Of a stretch of 28,171 bases of DNA, positions 1-7,557 are shown in pieces. Within the stretch, counting starts at the first letter, position 1. Each line of letters starts with the position of its first letter. The notes beneath the pieces are model-generated. The model was not told where the DNA came from. It ran no database searches and was given only the letters and a program-made list of their open reading frames with translations. The translations under genes and the position numbers were made by a program. Origin of the DNA: an uncultured bacterium (GTDB lineage: Bacteria > Hydrogenedentota > Hydrogenedentia > Hydrogenedentales > JAEUWI01); contig CAXBPH010000069.1 in NCBI GenBank assembly GCA_963977445.1, forward strand, positions 1-28,171, written 5' to 3'.

Positions 1-48
1 GCGCCACGGGGATTCGGAGTCAGACTCCTAGGCCAGAAGAGAAAGTAA
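1..48 (+). CDS. Possible 3' end of an upstream gene (partial, ...APRGFGVRLLGQKRK*)
   Basis: Frame 1 is open from the window edge to TAA at 46-48, and a strong terminator hairpin follows immediately. The product cannot be identified. Confidence 0.45.
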   Translation, partial: APRGFGVRLLGQKRK

Positions 49-52
49 ACCG

Positions 53-93
53 AGGCGCGCTCCTTCCAACCCGGAAGGAGCGCGCCTATTTTT
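53..93 (+). terminator. Rho-independent terminator
   Basis: Perfect 15-bp stem AGGCGCGCTCCTTCC / GGAAGGAGCGCGCCT (53-67/73-87) with a 5-nt loop, followed by ATTTTT. Confidence 0.85.
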
Positions 94-243
94 GAAATAT
101 TATACCACCAATATTTTCCATGGCGGTCTGTTTCAAACTGCCAATGTGGGCCAGGAACGGCCTTCTTGGCCCCACTCTCCGCCACTACTTTCGCGGATAC
201 GACCATCGAAAAGGAGTCTTCGAAAAGGGGCCATTAGCCCGGG

Positions 244-1782
244 TCATGTCAGGCGGGCCAGGAGCATGGTAAGGTCGTCCATCTGGTCGCCACACTCGTG
301 TTCCTTTACTTGTTTCAATACCGAATCCAGGACGGACTCAACCGGAGAGCCTTGGTGTTCGCTTAGAATATGAACAACCCGCTCCATGCCAAACATTTTC
401 CCGTTCTGGTCAGGCGCTTCCGTCAGACCGTCCGTATAGAGAAGCAGCATGTCACCCGCAAGGAGCTGAATGGTCTCGTCTTCGAATAGGACATCATCGG
501 ATAGCCCCAGCGGCAATCCAGACTTGCGATTGAGGGAAATCGGCTCGACCGTGGACTTTCGCACTAGGACCGGCGGGTTGTGGCCCGCCAGGCTATAGGT
601 GAGCGTGCGGGTGTGGAGATCCAATCGGGCGAGGAACAAGGTCACGAAGCGGCATGATTCACCTAGATCTTCGTAGAGTTGCGTGTTCACCTGAAGGAGA
701 ATTCGGGCAGGGCTGAAGCCTTGTCGGGCGAGCGTCCGGACGGCACTGGCACATTCTGTAATATGAATTGCCGCAGGCAGCCCCTTGTTGGTAGCGTCTC
801 CGATGGCGATGTATATCTCCCTGTCGTTAACCACCGCCGCATCGTAGAAGTCGCCGCCCACCTCCCGGGCCGGGAGACTCAGTGCGGACAGCTCAAGGCC
901 CTCCACGTCCGGCAACTTTTTGGGCAAGAGTGACTGCTGGAGTTGCGACGCAATGCGGAATTCGCTCTCCAAATGCTCTCGCCGCTTCGCTTCAGTCTCT
1001 ACGTTCTTCATGTAACGCTGCAACGAAGACGCCATCTGGTTAAAGGCTTCGGCTATCTGACCGAATTCATCCTGGAGGCCCGCCTCGATGCGATACGCCA
1101 GTTTTCCGCCACCGATTCGATTCACCGCCTCATGGAGCGCGCGAAGGGGTTCTGTGAGATGCCGGCTTAGGCGGGTCCCAATCAATACGGCCAGAATGCC
1201 CAGCAATCCCGCGAGAGAAACGACGTACACGACCGTCATCGTTTCAAGGTGCCGGGCGTCGTCCATAGAGTAGTGAAGAAAAACCGCAATCGATGTTGAG
1301 TCGGTATGAGAGACGAAGGGGACTCCCACCCATATACCTCGATTTGTGCGAACCGATACATGAGACACCGCTTCGCCGGACAGCAGCCTGATGGCGCCTT
1401 CTGAAAGACGGGCCCCATCTCCGGCGTTCACGCTCATGGATGCACGGTTGAAGTCGGAGATGAGCGCTCCCGTCTCGCCAAATAGAAATGCCCGATCACC
1501 CGTCAATGCGCGGGAATTCAATAGAAAGGTTTGTTTCAGTGAATCTTTCCCGCTGGTTCCGTCTACACCGTGTGCGCTCACCTGTTGGTCCGCCATAGTC
1601 TGCATCTGGCGCAGGAAGCGTCCCGATACCAAGGTGGAGTCTACCGCCATTTCCTCGAAATGCGCGCGGACGGTCCTCACGGCAGTACCGAGAACTGCTA
1701 CGGAGAAGAATAAAAGGCTCCCGGTGGACAACAAAACGATATTCCACGTTAGACGTGCACGAAAGGTAGTACTTTTGGCCAT
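244..1782 (-). CDS. Membrane-anchored PP2C (SpoIIE/RsbU-type) Ser/Thr phosphatase with extracytoplasmic sensor and HAMP domain
   Basis: Two TM segments flank a sensor region, followed by HAMP (PLRALHEAVNRIGGG...DEFGQIAEAFNQM) and PP2C motifs (VGGDFYD, IGDATNKG, AGH, YTDGLTE, DDLT). Start set at the ATG at 1782, which has GGAGG just upstream. Confidence 0.93.
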   Translation of the reverse strand: MAKSTTFRARLTWNIVLLSTGSLLFFSVAVLGTAVRTVRAHFEEMAVDSTLVSGRFLRQMQTMADQQVSAHGVDGTSGKDSLKQTFLLNSRALTGDRAFLFGETGALISDFNRASMSVNAGDGARLSEGAIRLLSGEAVSHVSVRTNRGIWVGVPFVSHTDSTSIAVFLHYSMDDARHLETMTVVYVVSLAGLLGILAVLIGTRLSRHLTEPLRALHEAVNRIGGGKLAYRIEAGLQDEFGQIAEAFNQMASSLQRYMKNVETEAKRREHLESEFRIASQLQQSLLPKKLPDVEGLELSALSLPAREVGGDFYDAAVVNDREIYIAIGDATNKGLPAAIHITECASAVRTLARQGFSPARILLQVNTQLYEDLGESCRFVTLFLARLDLHTRTLTYSLAGHNPPVLVRKSTVEPISLNRKSGLPLGLSDDVLFEDETIQLLAGDMLLLYTDGLTEAPDQNGKMFGMERVVHILSEHQGSPVESVLDSVLKQVKEHECGDQMDDLTMLLARLT

Positions 1783-1800
1783 GAAGCCTCCCATAGCAGT

Positions 1801-1816
1801 TGCAAGATTAACGCCA
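1801..1816 (-). promoter_or_regulatory. Putative sigma-54 (-24/-12) promoter for the PP2C gene
   Basis: Minus strand reads TGGCGTTAATCTTGCA, with GG and GC at the canonical spacing. The predicted start site (~1790) abuts the SD, which lowers confidence. Confidence 0.55.
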
Positions 1817-1934
1817 TACTATCCCGAAAGGAATAATCGCCTTGCTTCGGTCTGGCGAGCGGTAGCCCATGGCGGGTGGAAATTCCGAAAGTCGAAGTCG
1901 TGGCATAGATGCGGTCATTCGATATCAGAGATAC

Positions 1935-2189
1935 CTACGAAGGTCTATTGAGTTCCTTATAGTACTCCACGAGCGCCCGGCGCTCATCAGGCGTTATTTT
2001 TCGTCGCTTCTTCTTTATGGGAAGCTTTTCGGCGGGTTCTGTCGTCATTGGGTTCTGACTCTCAACGTTGTTTTCATGATCGTCACCACCTCGCACAACT
2101 CCAGGCGTGGTAACGCATCCGACCAGCGAACTCGTCGCGACGACGACGAGTGCATAGGCTACGTGTCTTACAATCCATCCAGTACTCAT
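1935..2189 (-). CDS. Small hypothetical lipoprotein (84 aa)
   Basis: Signal peptide with lipobox LVG-C, SD-like AAAGGAAG, a basic C-terminal helix and an upstream sigma-54 motif. Confidence 0.75.
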   Translation of the reverse strand: MSTGWIVRHVAYALVVVATSSLVGCVTTPGVVRGGDDHENNVESQNPMTTEPAEKLPIKKKRRKITPDERRALVEYYKELNRPS

Positions 2190-2249
2190 AGTGGCTTCCT
2201 TTCATTATGGCACGCCGCGCGGTTGTTTGTATCGGCGTACTTTAGAAGA

Positions 2250-2265
2250 AGCACAGTCCGTGCCA
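2250..2265 (-). promoter_or_regulatory. Putative sigma-54 promoter for the 84-aa lipoprotein
   Basis: Minus strand reads TGGCACGGACTGTGCT (perfect TGGCACG, GC at -12), about 60 nt upstream of the ATG at 2189. Confidence 0.75.
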
Positions 2266-2948
2266 ATCCGCTTGAGGTAGGAAAACAGTGGTCATCAGGG
2301 CAACAGCGCCACGCTTCGACATGCCAAAACGAATGTAGAAGGCAAGAGTCTGGACACTGCAATGAGCAATTGCTTAAAACCGTGTGCCGTCCTTTGATGG
2401 TGGCCACCTGCCCAACGCCTGAGTCATCCAGAACGCCTTCATCGTCTAAGGAGAACACGATGCAGTCGACTTTGTGAATTATGCGGCTTAACTATCCCGA
2501 ATAGTGGCTATGGGTAAAAAGTTCGAATACGGCTCTTCGTTCTCCCATGTCGGCGCAGGGTCGTAACGTAGTTCCGTGGGCCACGGGGTAAGCATAACCT
2601 ACGTTAATCGGCCTTGTCGCCCGAAGTCTTTTGGGAAAGCTCCCGACCCGTTGTCGTGATAAAGCAGGATTGCCATGGTGGCCATCAACGCAATGTGACA
2701 ACGGGACCGAAGCGTGTCGTTCTGGGCTGTCTCCCGCCTCTCTTGGCTCTTGGCGTCGCGTCGCAAAGGGGGGTGAACTTTCGAAAACAACGTTTCGGGT
2801 ATACTATCGGAGATTTACTGTTTCGGCGGCCGGCGGCGGTTACCACGGGGTAGCTGAGAAACGTGGCGGCAGTCTGGGCCCGCTACGGCAGGGCCACTCA
2901 GGTTCCAGAGGCTGTAGAAGTCGTTGGGGACAAGGTAGGGAATACAGC

Positions 2949-4058
2949 ATGTCGAGCTCTGTAGAAATTAAGCGCTTCGGTTCCATGATTGGTGGAAGTC
3001 GGCGTATGCGCAAGGTGTTCTCCCGGATTCGCAAAGGGGCTGTCGTCGATATGCCCGTGCTGATCGTTGGGGAAACCGGTTCGGGCAAGGAGTTGGTCGC
3101 GCGGGAGCTTCATCGTCGTAGTACCCGTGCCGGGAAGCCCTTTGTCGCCTTCAACACCGGGGCTATCACGCCAGACCTGGTTGCGAGTGAGCTTTTCGGC
3201 CACAAAAAAGGTGCGTTCACCGGAGCCACCGAAGACAAAGTGGGACGACTCCGTGAGGCCCATGGGGGGACGCTCTTTCTCGACGAAATTGGCACGATGG
3301 AAGCCAAAATGCAGGTTTCTCTGCTTCGTGCACTTGACGAGGGAATGATTCGGCCCCTCGGCGCGAAACAGGATGCACCCATCGACTTTCGTCTGGTGGC
3401 GGCTACCAATGAGAATCTCGAAGCTGCGGTGAGTGATGGTCGTTTTCGAGATGATCTGCTCTATCGTTTACAAGTTCTTTCTATTCACTTACCCCCGTTG
3501 CGGCGACGGTTGGACGATATCCCCATGCTCTGCGCCGATTTTATTCTGGGCATCAACGATGAATACCACTTTGACATCAAGGGAGTCTCTGAGGAGGCGA
3601 TGGCGGTGTTGCAGACTTATGAGTGGCCGGGAAATCTACGTGAGCTTAAAAATGTGCTCGCCCAGGCCACAGTCACCGCGACCAGTGGATACATAAAGGT
3701 GTCCCACTTGCCCGGTCGTATTGTGGGCGCGGTGGGTCTAGGGGGCCTGGCAGGCGACAGCACTTTCGATGGGGATTCGGCGGGAGATTTTAGCGTGGAG
3801 GACAATCAGCCTGTTGCGCCGCAATCGTCAACCGCCCCTGAAGTACCCACGGAGGGTGCGGAGACGCGGCAGGTAGAGGACGGGCTGTTTGTGCCGGTGG
3901 GGACCACGCTTGATGCGGTCCAACGGGCCTATACCTTCAAGACCCTCGAGCACTGCAATAACAACAAGACGCAGGCCGCCAAGTTGTTGAATGTGAGTCG
4001 CAAGGCGCTCTATGACAAGTTGCTTCGTTGGGGTGACGACAAGAACCCGAACCAGTAG
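2949..4058 (+). CDS. Sigma-54-dependent transcriptional activator (bEBP; AAA+ plus Fis-type HTH) lacking an N-terminal regulatory domain
   Basis: Walker A GETGSGKE, GAFTGA loop, Walker B LFLDEIG, FRDDLLYRL, WPGNLREL and C-terminal HTH NKTQAAKLLNVSRKALYDKL. Start taken at the ATG at 2949; the extension to 2631 does not look like a folded domain. Confidence 0.93.
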   Translation: MSSSVEIKRFGSMIGGSRRMRKVFSRIRKGAVVDMPVLIVGETGSGKELVARELHRRSTRAGKPFVAFNTGAITPDLVASELFGHKKGAFTGATEDKVGRLREAHGGTLFLDEIGTMEAKMQVSLLRALDEGMIRPLGAKQDAPIDFRLVAATNENLEAAVSDGRFRDDLLYRLQVLSIHLPPLRRRLDDIPMLCADFILGINDEYHFDIKGVSEEAMAVLQTYEWPGNLRELKNVLAQATVTATSGYIKVSHLPGRIVGAVGLGGLAGDSTFDGDSAGDFSVEDNQPVAPQSSTAPEVPTEGAETRQVEDGLFVPVGTTLDAVQRAYTFKTLEHCNNNKTQAAKLLNVSRKALYDKLLRWGDDKNPNQ

Positions 4059-4151
4059 TGAGTAAGGGGCACTGGCAGTCTGCCGCGATCAGGGGCAGCG
4101 GAGGGAGTACGACAGGGTCTGCCAGTGCCATGATTGGATCACCCGACTGGA

Positions 4152-4331
4152 TTAACGGCTGAGTATGATCCAAACAGCATGAATTATGCCGGGCACATAG
4201 CCACAGAGGGTGAGGAGCAGGTTCAGCCAGAAGTGCAGGCCAATACCTACTTCCAGAAACACCCCCAATGGGGGAATGAAAATGGCTATCAGTAATCGCA
4301 CCAGGTCAAAGGCAGCTTCATCGTTTGGCAT
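4152..4331 (-). CDS. yqaE: YqaE/Pmp3 (UPF0057) family small membrane protein, 59 aa (absent from ORF track)
   Basis: Hand translation: MPNDEAAFDLVRLLIAIFIPPLGVFLEVGIGLHFWLNLLLTLCGYVPGIIHAVWIILSR. It has the family signatures PPLGV and GYxPGIIHA, and an AAGGAG SD. Confidence 0.93.
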   Translation of the reverse strand: MPNDEAAFDLVRLLIAIFIPPLGVFLEVGIGLHFWLNLLLTLCGYVPGIIHAVWIILSR

Positions 4332-4401
4332 GGGTCTACGTCTCCTTGGTTGAGGGCAGGGCCACGGCGGTCTCCTTCCGAGAGAACACGTGTACGAGAC
4401 G

Positions 4402-4575
4402 CTATAAGATTCTTCGACGGCTAACCGTGCCCTGAATCAGAAAGACCAGGAACAGAATAATGAAGATGAAGAACAGTATCTTCGCTATCCCCGCCGAGGC
4501 CGAGGCGATAACACCAAAGCCGAGCAATCCCGCGATGATCGAAACAATGAAGAATACAACAGCCCAGTAGAGCAT
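4402..4575 (-). CDS. ytjA: DUF1328/UPF0391 (YtjA-like) small membrane protein, 57 aa (absent from ORF track)
   Basis: Hand translation: [57 protein letters not shown]. It matches the family pattern MLxWAxxF...[17 protein letters not shown], with an AAAGGA SD. Confidence 0.93.
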   Translation of the reverse strand: MLYWAVVFFIVSIIAGLLGFGVIASASAGIAKILFFIFIILFLVFLIQGTVSRRRIL

Positions 4576-4633
4576 GGGATTTTCCTTTCTGCATTTCGCC
4601 TTGCCTCCATTGGCGCGGCACCGTGGGGATTAG

Positions 4634-4649
4634 TGCAATACTTGTGCCA
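4634..4649 (-). promoter_or_regulatory. Sigma-54 promoter for the ytjA-yqaE unit
   Basis: Minus strand reads TGGCACAAGTATTGCA, an essentially perfect TGGCAC-N5-TTGCA, about 60 nt upstream of the ATG at 4575. Confidence 0.88.
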
Positions 4650-4801
4650 ATGTACGAAATGCCCCATTCGAGACGGAAACAGCCGTCTATGGGTATTGTG
4701 GCTGTGTAGAAATGGAACTACTCGTATAGAAATTACCCGATCCAAACGACGATTTTGGACCATCTCGGTCGCAGGGCCAAGAATTACGGGAATTCTCGCG
4801 T

Positions 4802-4817
4802 TGGTACGGTCCTTGCA
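4802..4817 (+). promoter_or_regulatory. Sigma-54 promoter for the 185-aa lipoprotein
   Basis: TGGTACGGTCCTTGCA, one mismatch to TGGCACG-N4-TTGCA, about 75 nt upstream of the ATG at 4892. Confidence 0.8.
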
Positions 4818-4891
4818 CCAACGTTGGTATTGAAAGCGTAGAACCCGTGGTCAATTCCGACCCGGGAGGAAAACCAGAAGGAGTTTAAATC

Positions 4892-5449
4892 ATGAAATAC
4901 GGTTATGGTGTAGTCACGATGATTGCGATGGCCGTTTTGGCGGCTGGTTGTAGTAACAAATCTGGTACAGAAGAGGGGGCCCCTGCCTCGGCGGTGGAGG
5001 TCGAGCTCGAGGTCTCGCCGGTGGTGACGACCGAGGAAGCCCCGGTGAAGGAGACCATGAAGGAGAAGGGCCAAAAGGCGGGCGAAGAGCTCGGTGAGCT
5101 GGCTGATGGTGTTAAAGACGAAGTGAAAGACGCAAAGAATGAAGTGAAAGACTTCTTCACCGTAGGCCAGAACTCCGCCCAACATAAATTGAATGAGCGC
5201 CTGGAAGCGTTGGACGAACAAATGGAAGACGTGGACAAATCCCTCGAAGATCTGGGGGACAAGTCGGACGATACGATGAAAGCGACTTGGGTAAAACTGG
5301 AAGCTGATCGGGTGGCGCTTCAGAAGAAGTTTGACGAATTGGCGTCTGCCTCGAAAGACTCTATGGAACAATTGGCGGAAGACATTGGCGATCAGATGGA
5401 AACAATTGGCGAATCCATCAAGGAATTTTCGGAAGACCTTAAGAAATAA
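4892..5449 (+). CDS. Acidic, alpha-helical (LEA/apolipoprotein-like) lipoprotein
   Basis: AAGGAG SD and lipobox LAAG-C. The mature part is D/E/K-rich with amphipathic coiled-coil character. Confidence 0.85.
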   Translation: MKYGYGVVTMIAMAVLAAGCSNKSGTEEGAPASAVEVELEVSPVVTTEEAPVKETMKEKGQKAGEELGELADGVKDEVKDAKNEVKDFFTVGQNSAQHKLNERLEALDEQMEDVDKSLEDLGDKSDDTMKATWVKLEADRVALQKKFDELASASKDSMEQLAEDIGDQMETIGESIKEFSEDLKK

Positions 5450-5465
5450 AGTTGCTTCCAGAGCC

Positions 5466-5529
5466 AGGGCTCGCAGGCGTAATGTATGTGGTGACACAGC
5501 GTGATGCCTGCGGGCCTTCTCTTTTGTTT
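5466..5529 (+). terminator. Terminator-like long hairpin after the lipoprotein gene
   Basis: AGGGCTCGCAGGCGT (5466-5480) pairs with ATGCCTGCGGGCCTT (5504-5518) allowing G-U, followed by CTCTTTTGTTT. Confidence 0.65.
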
Positions 5530-5700
5530 CGGAGCCGCCCGAAGGAGGTTTCCGGAGGCCAGGCGCGTTTCTGTATTCGTGCCGTGAAGAATCGAGGGAG
5601 GAAGCCCGCGAATGCGACCACCGATTTGGGTTGGGAGAGAGCCACGCGCTAGAATCGCCGTCATGGGTAATGATCACCGTGATAACAATCGTATCGAGCC

Positions 5701-6747
5701 ATGCAGACGGCAAGCGCGCCGTCTGTCGCAGGTGCACCCATGTCCAGGCAGCTGACACCGGGTTATGGCGTTGACCGGGTCTTGTCCTGGTTGGACGATC
5801 GCCTGTCCGGGGGGCGGGAGGTGCACGGCGGGGGCTGGCGTGTCACGACCTTCCTGCTATCGCCTGCGGTATTACTGCTCGGACTTTTCGGCGTTTTTCC
5901 CATTGTCGCCACCCTCGTGTTGAGCCTCTACGACCTGCGCTATGGGGAGGGGACCTTTTCGGGGCTGGCCAATTATCGCGAAGCGATTCATTCCCCGGCC
6001 TTCTGGAACAGCGTTAAGGTGACGGTCTATTATCTCGTGGGAGTCGTGCCTGTTTCGATTGTATTGGGCTTTGTCATCGCCTGGGGACTGATGAACATAA
6101 CCCGGGGACGGGCCCTCTTCCGCACCTTGTATTTTCTGCCCTACATTACCTCTGCCTATGCGGCGGCCTTGGTGTGGCGGGCCTTACTGAATCCCCAGGG
6201 TGGACTATTAAATGCGTTACTCGCGGTCTTCCATCTCCCCGCACAGCAATGGCTCCTGGAGCCCCGTGGAGTCCTCCACGTGATATCCGGGGGCTATGTA
6301 GCGGCCGATGTGGGCCCGAGCCTGGCCCTGTGTTGCGTGGTGGCTTTCGATATATGGCATGGCCTGGGTTTCGTGGTGGTCATACTTCTCGCGGGGCTCT
6401 CCAGCATCCCCCGTGAACTGGAAGACGCCGCCCGTATTGATGGGGCGGGGGTGCTGCAGGTTATTCGCCACGTGACGTTGCCCCTGTTGACCCCCACGCT
6501 TTACTTTCTCCTCCTCGTGGGGACCATCAAAGGCTTTCAGGCCTTCAACAGTTTTTATGCCCTCACCCAGAGTGGCGGTAATACCCTGGGCACGACGGAA
6601 AACCTCGTCATCTATCTCTTCGCCAATTTCTATGACAACGGACGTTGGGGCTATGGGGCGGCCATCGCGACACTATTGCTGGTGGCCATTGTAGGCCTGG
6701 CGTTGGTGCAGGCCCGATTTGCGCGGCGGTGGGTGCACTACGGATGA
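5701..6747 (+). CDS. Carbohydrate ABC transporter permease (CUT1, UgpA/MalF-like)
   Basis: Multiple TMs, FSGLANY, RTLYFLPY and EAA loop LEDAARIDGA. An alternative start is the ATG at 5740. Confidence 0.92.
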   Translation: MQTASAPSVAGAPMSRQLTPGYGVDRVLSWLDDRLSGGREVHGGGWRVTTFLLSPAVLLLGLFGVFPIVATLVLSLYDLRYGEGTFSGLANYREAIHSPAFWNSVKVTVYYLVGVVPVSIVLGFVIAWGLMNITRGRALFRTLYFLPYITSAYAAALVWRALLNPQGGLLNALLAVFHLPAQQWLLEPRGVLHVISGGYVAADVGPSLALCCVVAFDIWHGLGFVVVILLAGLSSIPRELEDAARIDGAGVLQVIRHVTLPLLTPTLYFLLLVGTIKGFQAFNSFYALTQSGGNTLGTTENLVIYLFANFYDNGRWGYGAAIATLLLVAIVGLALVQARFARRWVHYG

Positions 6748-7553
6748 AGCGTTCTCTCAGCTATATCGCTCTCACCGTGTTTGCCGGGATCATGGTCTAT
6801 CCTTTTGTCTGGATGGCGGGCACGGCCTTCAAAACCCTCCCCGAATCCATGGGTGGTGATCTCAATCCCTTTCCCGCTACGTGGCAATGGGGCAACATTG
6901 CGACCACGTTGGCCGAAGCACCCTTTGGCCAATATTTTTTCAACTCTATTCTGGTGAGTACCATCGTGGGCTTGTCCGTGGTGATAACGTCCCTCATGGC
7001 CGGCTACGCCTTTGGCCGTCTCCGGTTTCGCGGACAAGGCCTCCTGTTCGGGTTGGTGTTGGCGACCATGATGGTACCCTTCGAAATTACCTTCATTCCC
7101 AATTTTGTGTTGATTACCCGTTTCGGATGGTACAACAGTTACGCCGCTCTCATCGTTCCCTGGTGCGCCAACGCTTTTGGTGTTTTCCTGGTGCGACAGG
7201 CCTTTTTGAGTCTGCCCAATGCCTACTATGATGCCGCCGTGATGGACGGGTGTGGCCACCTCCGTTTTCTACGACACATCGGTGCCAGCATGGTAAAACC
7301 CACGCTGGTGACGGTTTTTCTCTTTGCCTTCCTCGGGAGTTACAACGCCCTGCTGTGGCCCCTGGTGGTAACGAGCGACCCTTCGTTGCGGGTGGTGCAG
7401 GTGGGTCTCGCAAGCTTCCTCATGGATTCCGGGGTGCGCCTCAATCTGTTGATGTGCGCCTCGTCCTTTGTTATTGTGCCGAGTATGGTGTTGTTCTTGT
7501 TTACCCAGCGGTATTTTGAAGAAAGCGCCCTGAGCAGTGGGTTGAAGGAGTAA
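6744..7553 (+). CDS. Carbohydrate ABC transporter permease (UgpE/MalG-like)
   Basis: ATGA overlap with the previous stop, YFFNS, EAA-like YYDAAVMDGC, SYNALLWPL and FTQRYF. Confidence 0.92.
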   Translation: MKRSLSYIALTVFAGIMVYPFVWMAGTAFKTLPESMGGDLNPFPATWQWGNIATTLAEAPFGQYFFNSILVSTIVGLSVVITSLMAGYAFGRLRFRGQGLLFGLVLATMMVPFEITFIPNFVLITRFGWYNSYAALIVPWCANAFGVFLVRQAFLSLPNAYYDAAVMDGCGHLRFLRHIGASMVKPTLVTVFLFAFLGSYNALLWPLVVTSDPSLRVVQVGLASFLMDSGVRLNLLMCASSFVIVPSMVLFLFTQRYFEESALSSGLKE

Positions 7554-7557
7554 TACC

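Noticed and set aside
2186..2701. Cys-rich 90-aa ORF (2186-2458) and in-frame 69-aa ORF (2492-2701) separated by one TAG, a possible readthrough or pseudogene
   Set aside because: No recognisable motif or SD, and the 90-aa ORF overlies the sigma-54 promoter of the lipoprotein, so it is more likely regulatory DNA.
2631..2948. 106-aa N-terminal extension of the bEBP ORF
   Set aside because: Arg/Gly/Ser-rich with no REC, GAF or PAS features. It looks like untranslated sequence that is open by chance.
3290..3305. TGGCACGATGGAAGCC sigma-54-like motif
   Set aside because: It lies inside the bEBP coding sequence at the Walker B region, has a poor -12 box (AAGC), and has no downstream target.
4421..4763. 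ORF-track 66-aa and 92-aa minus-strand ORFs
   Set aside because: These are alternative frames over the real ytjA-like gene and its promoter.
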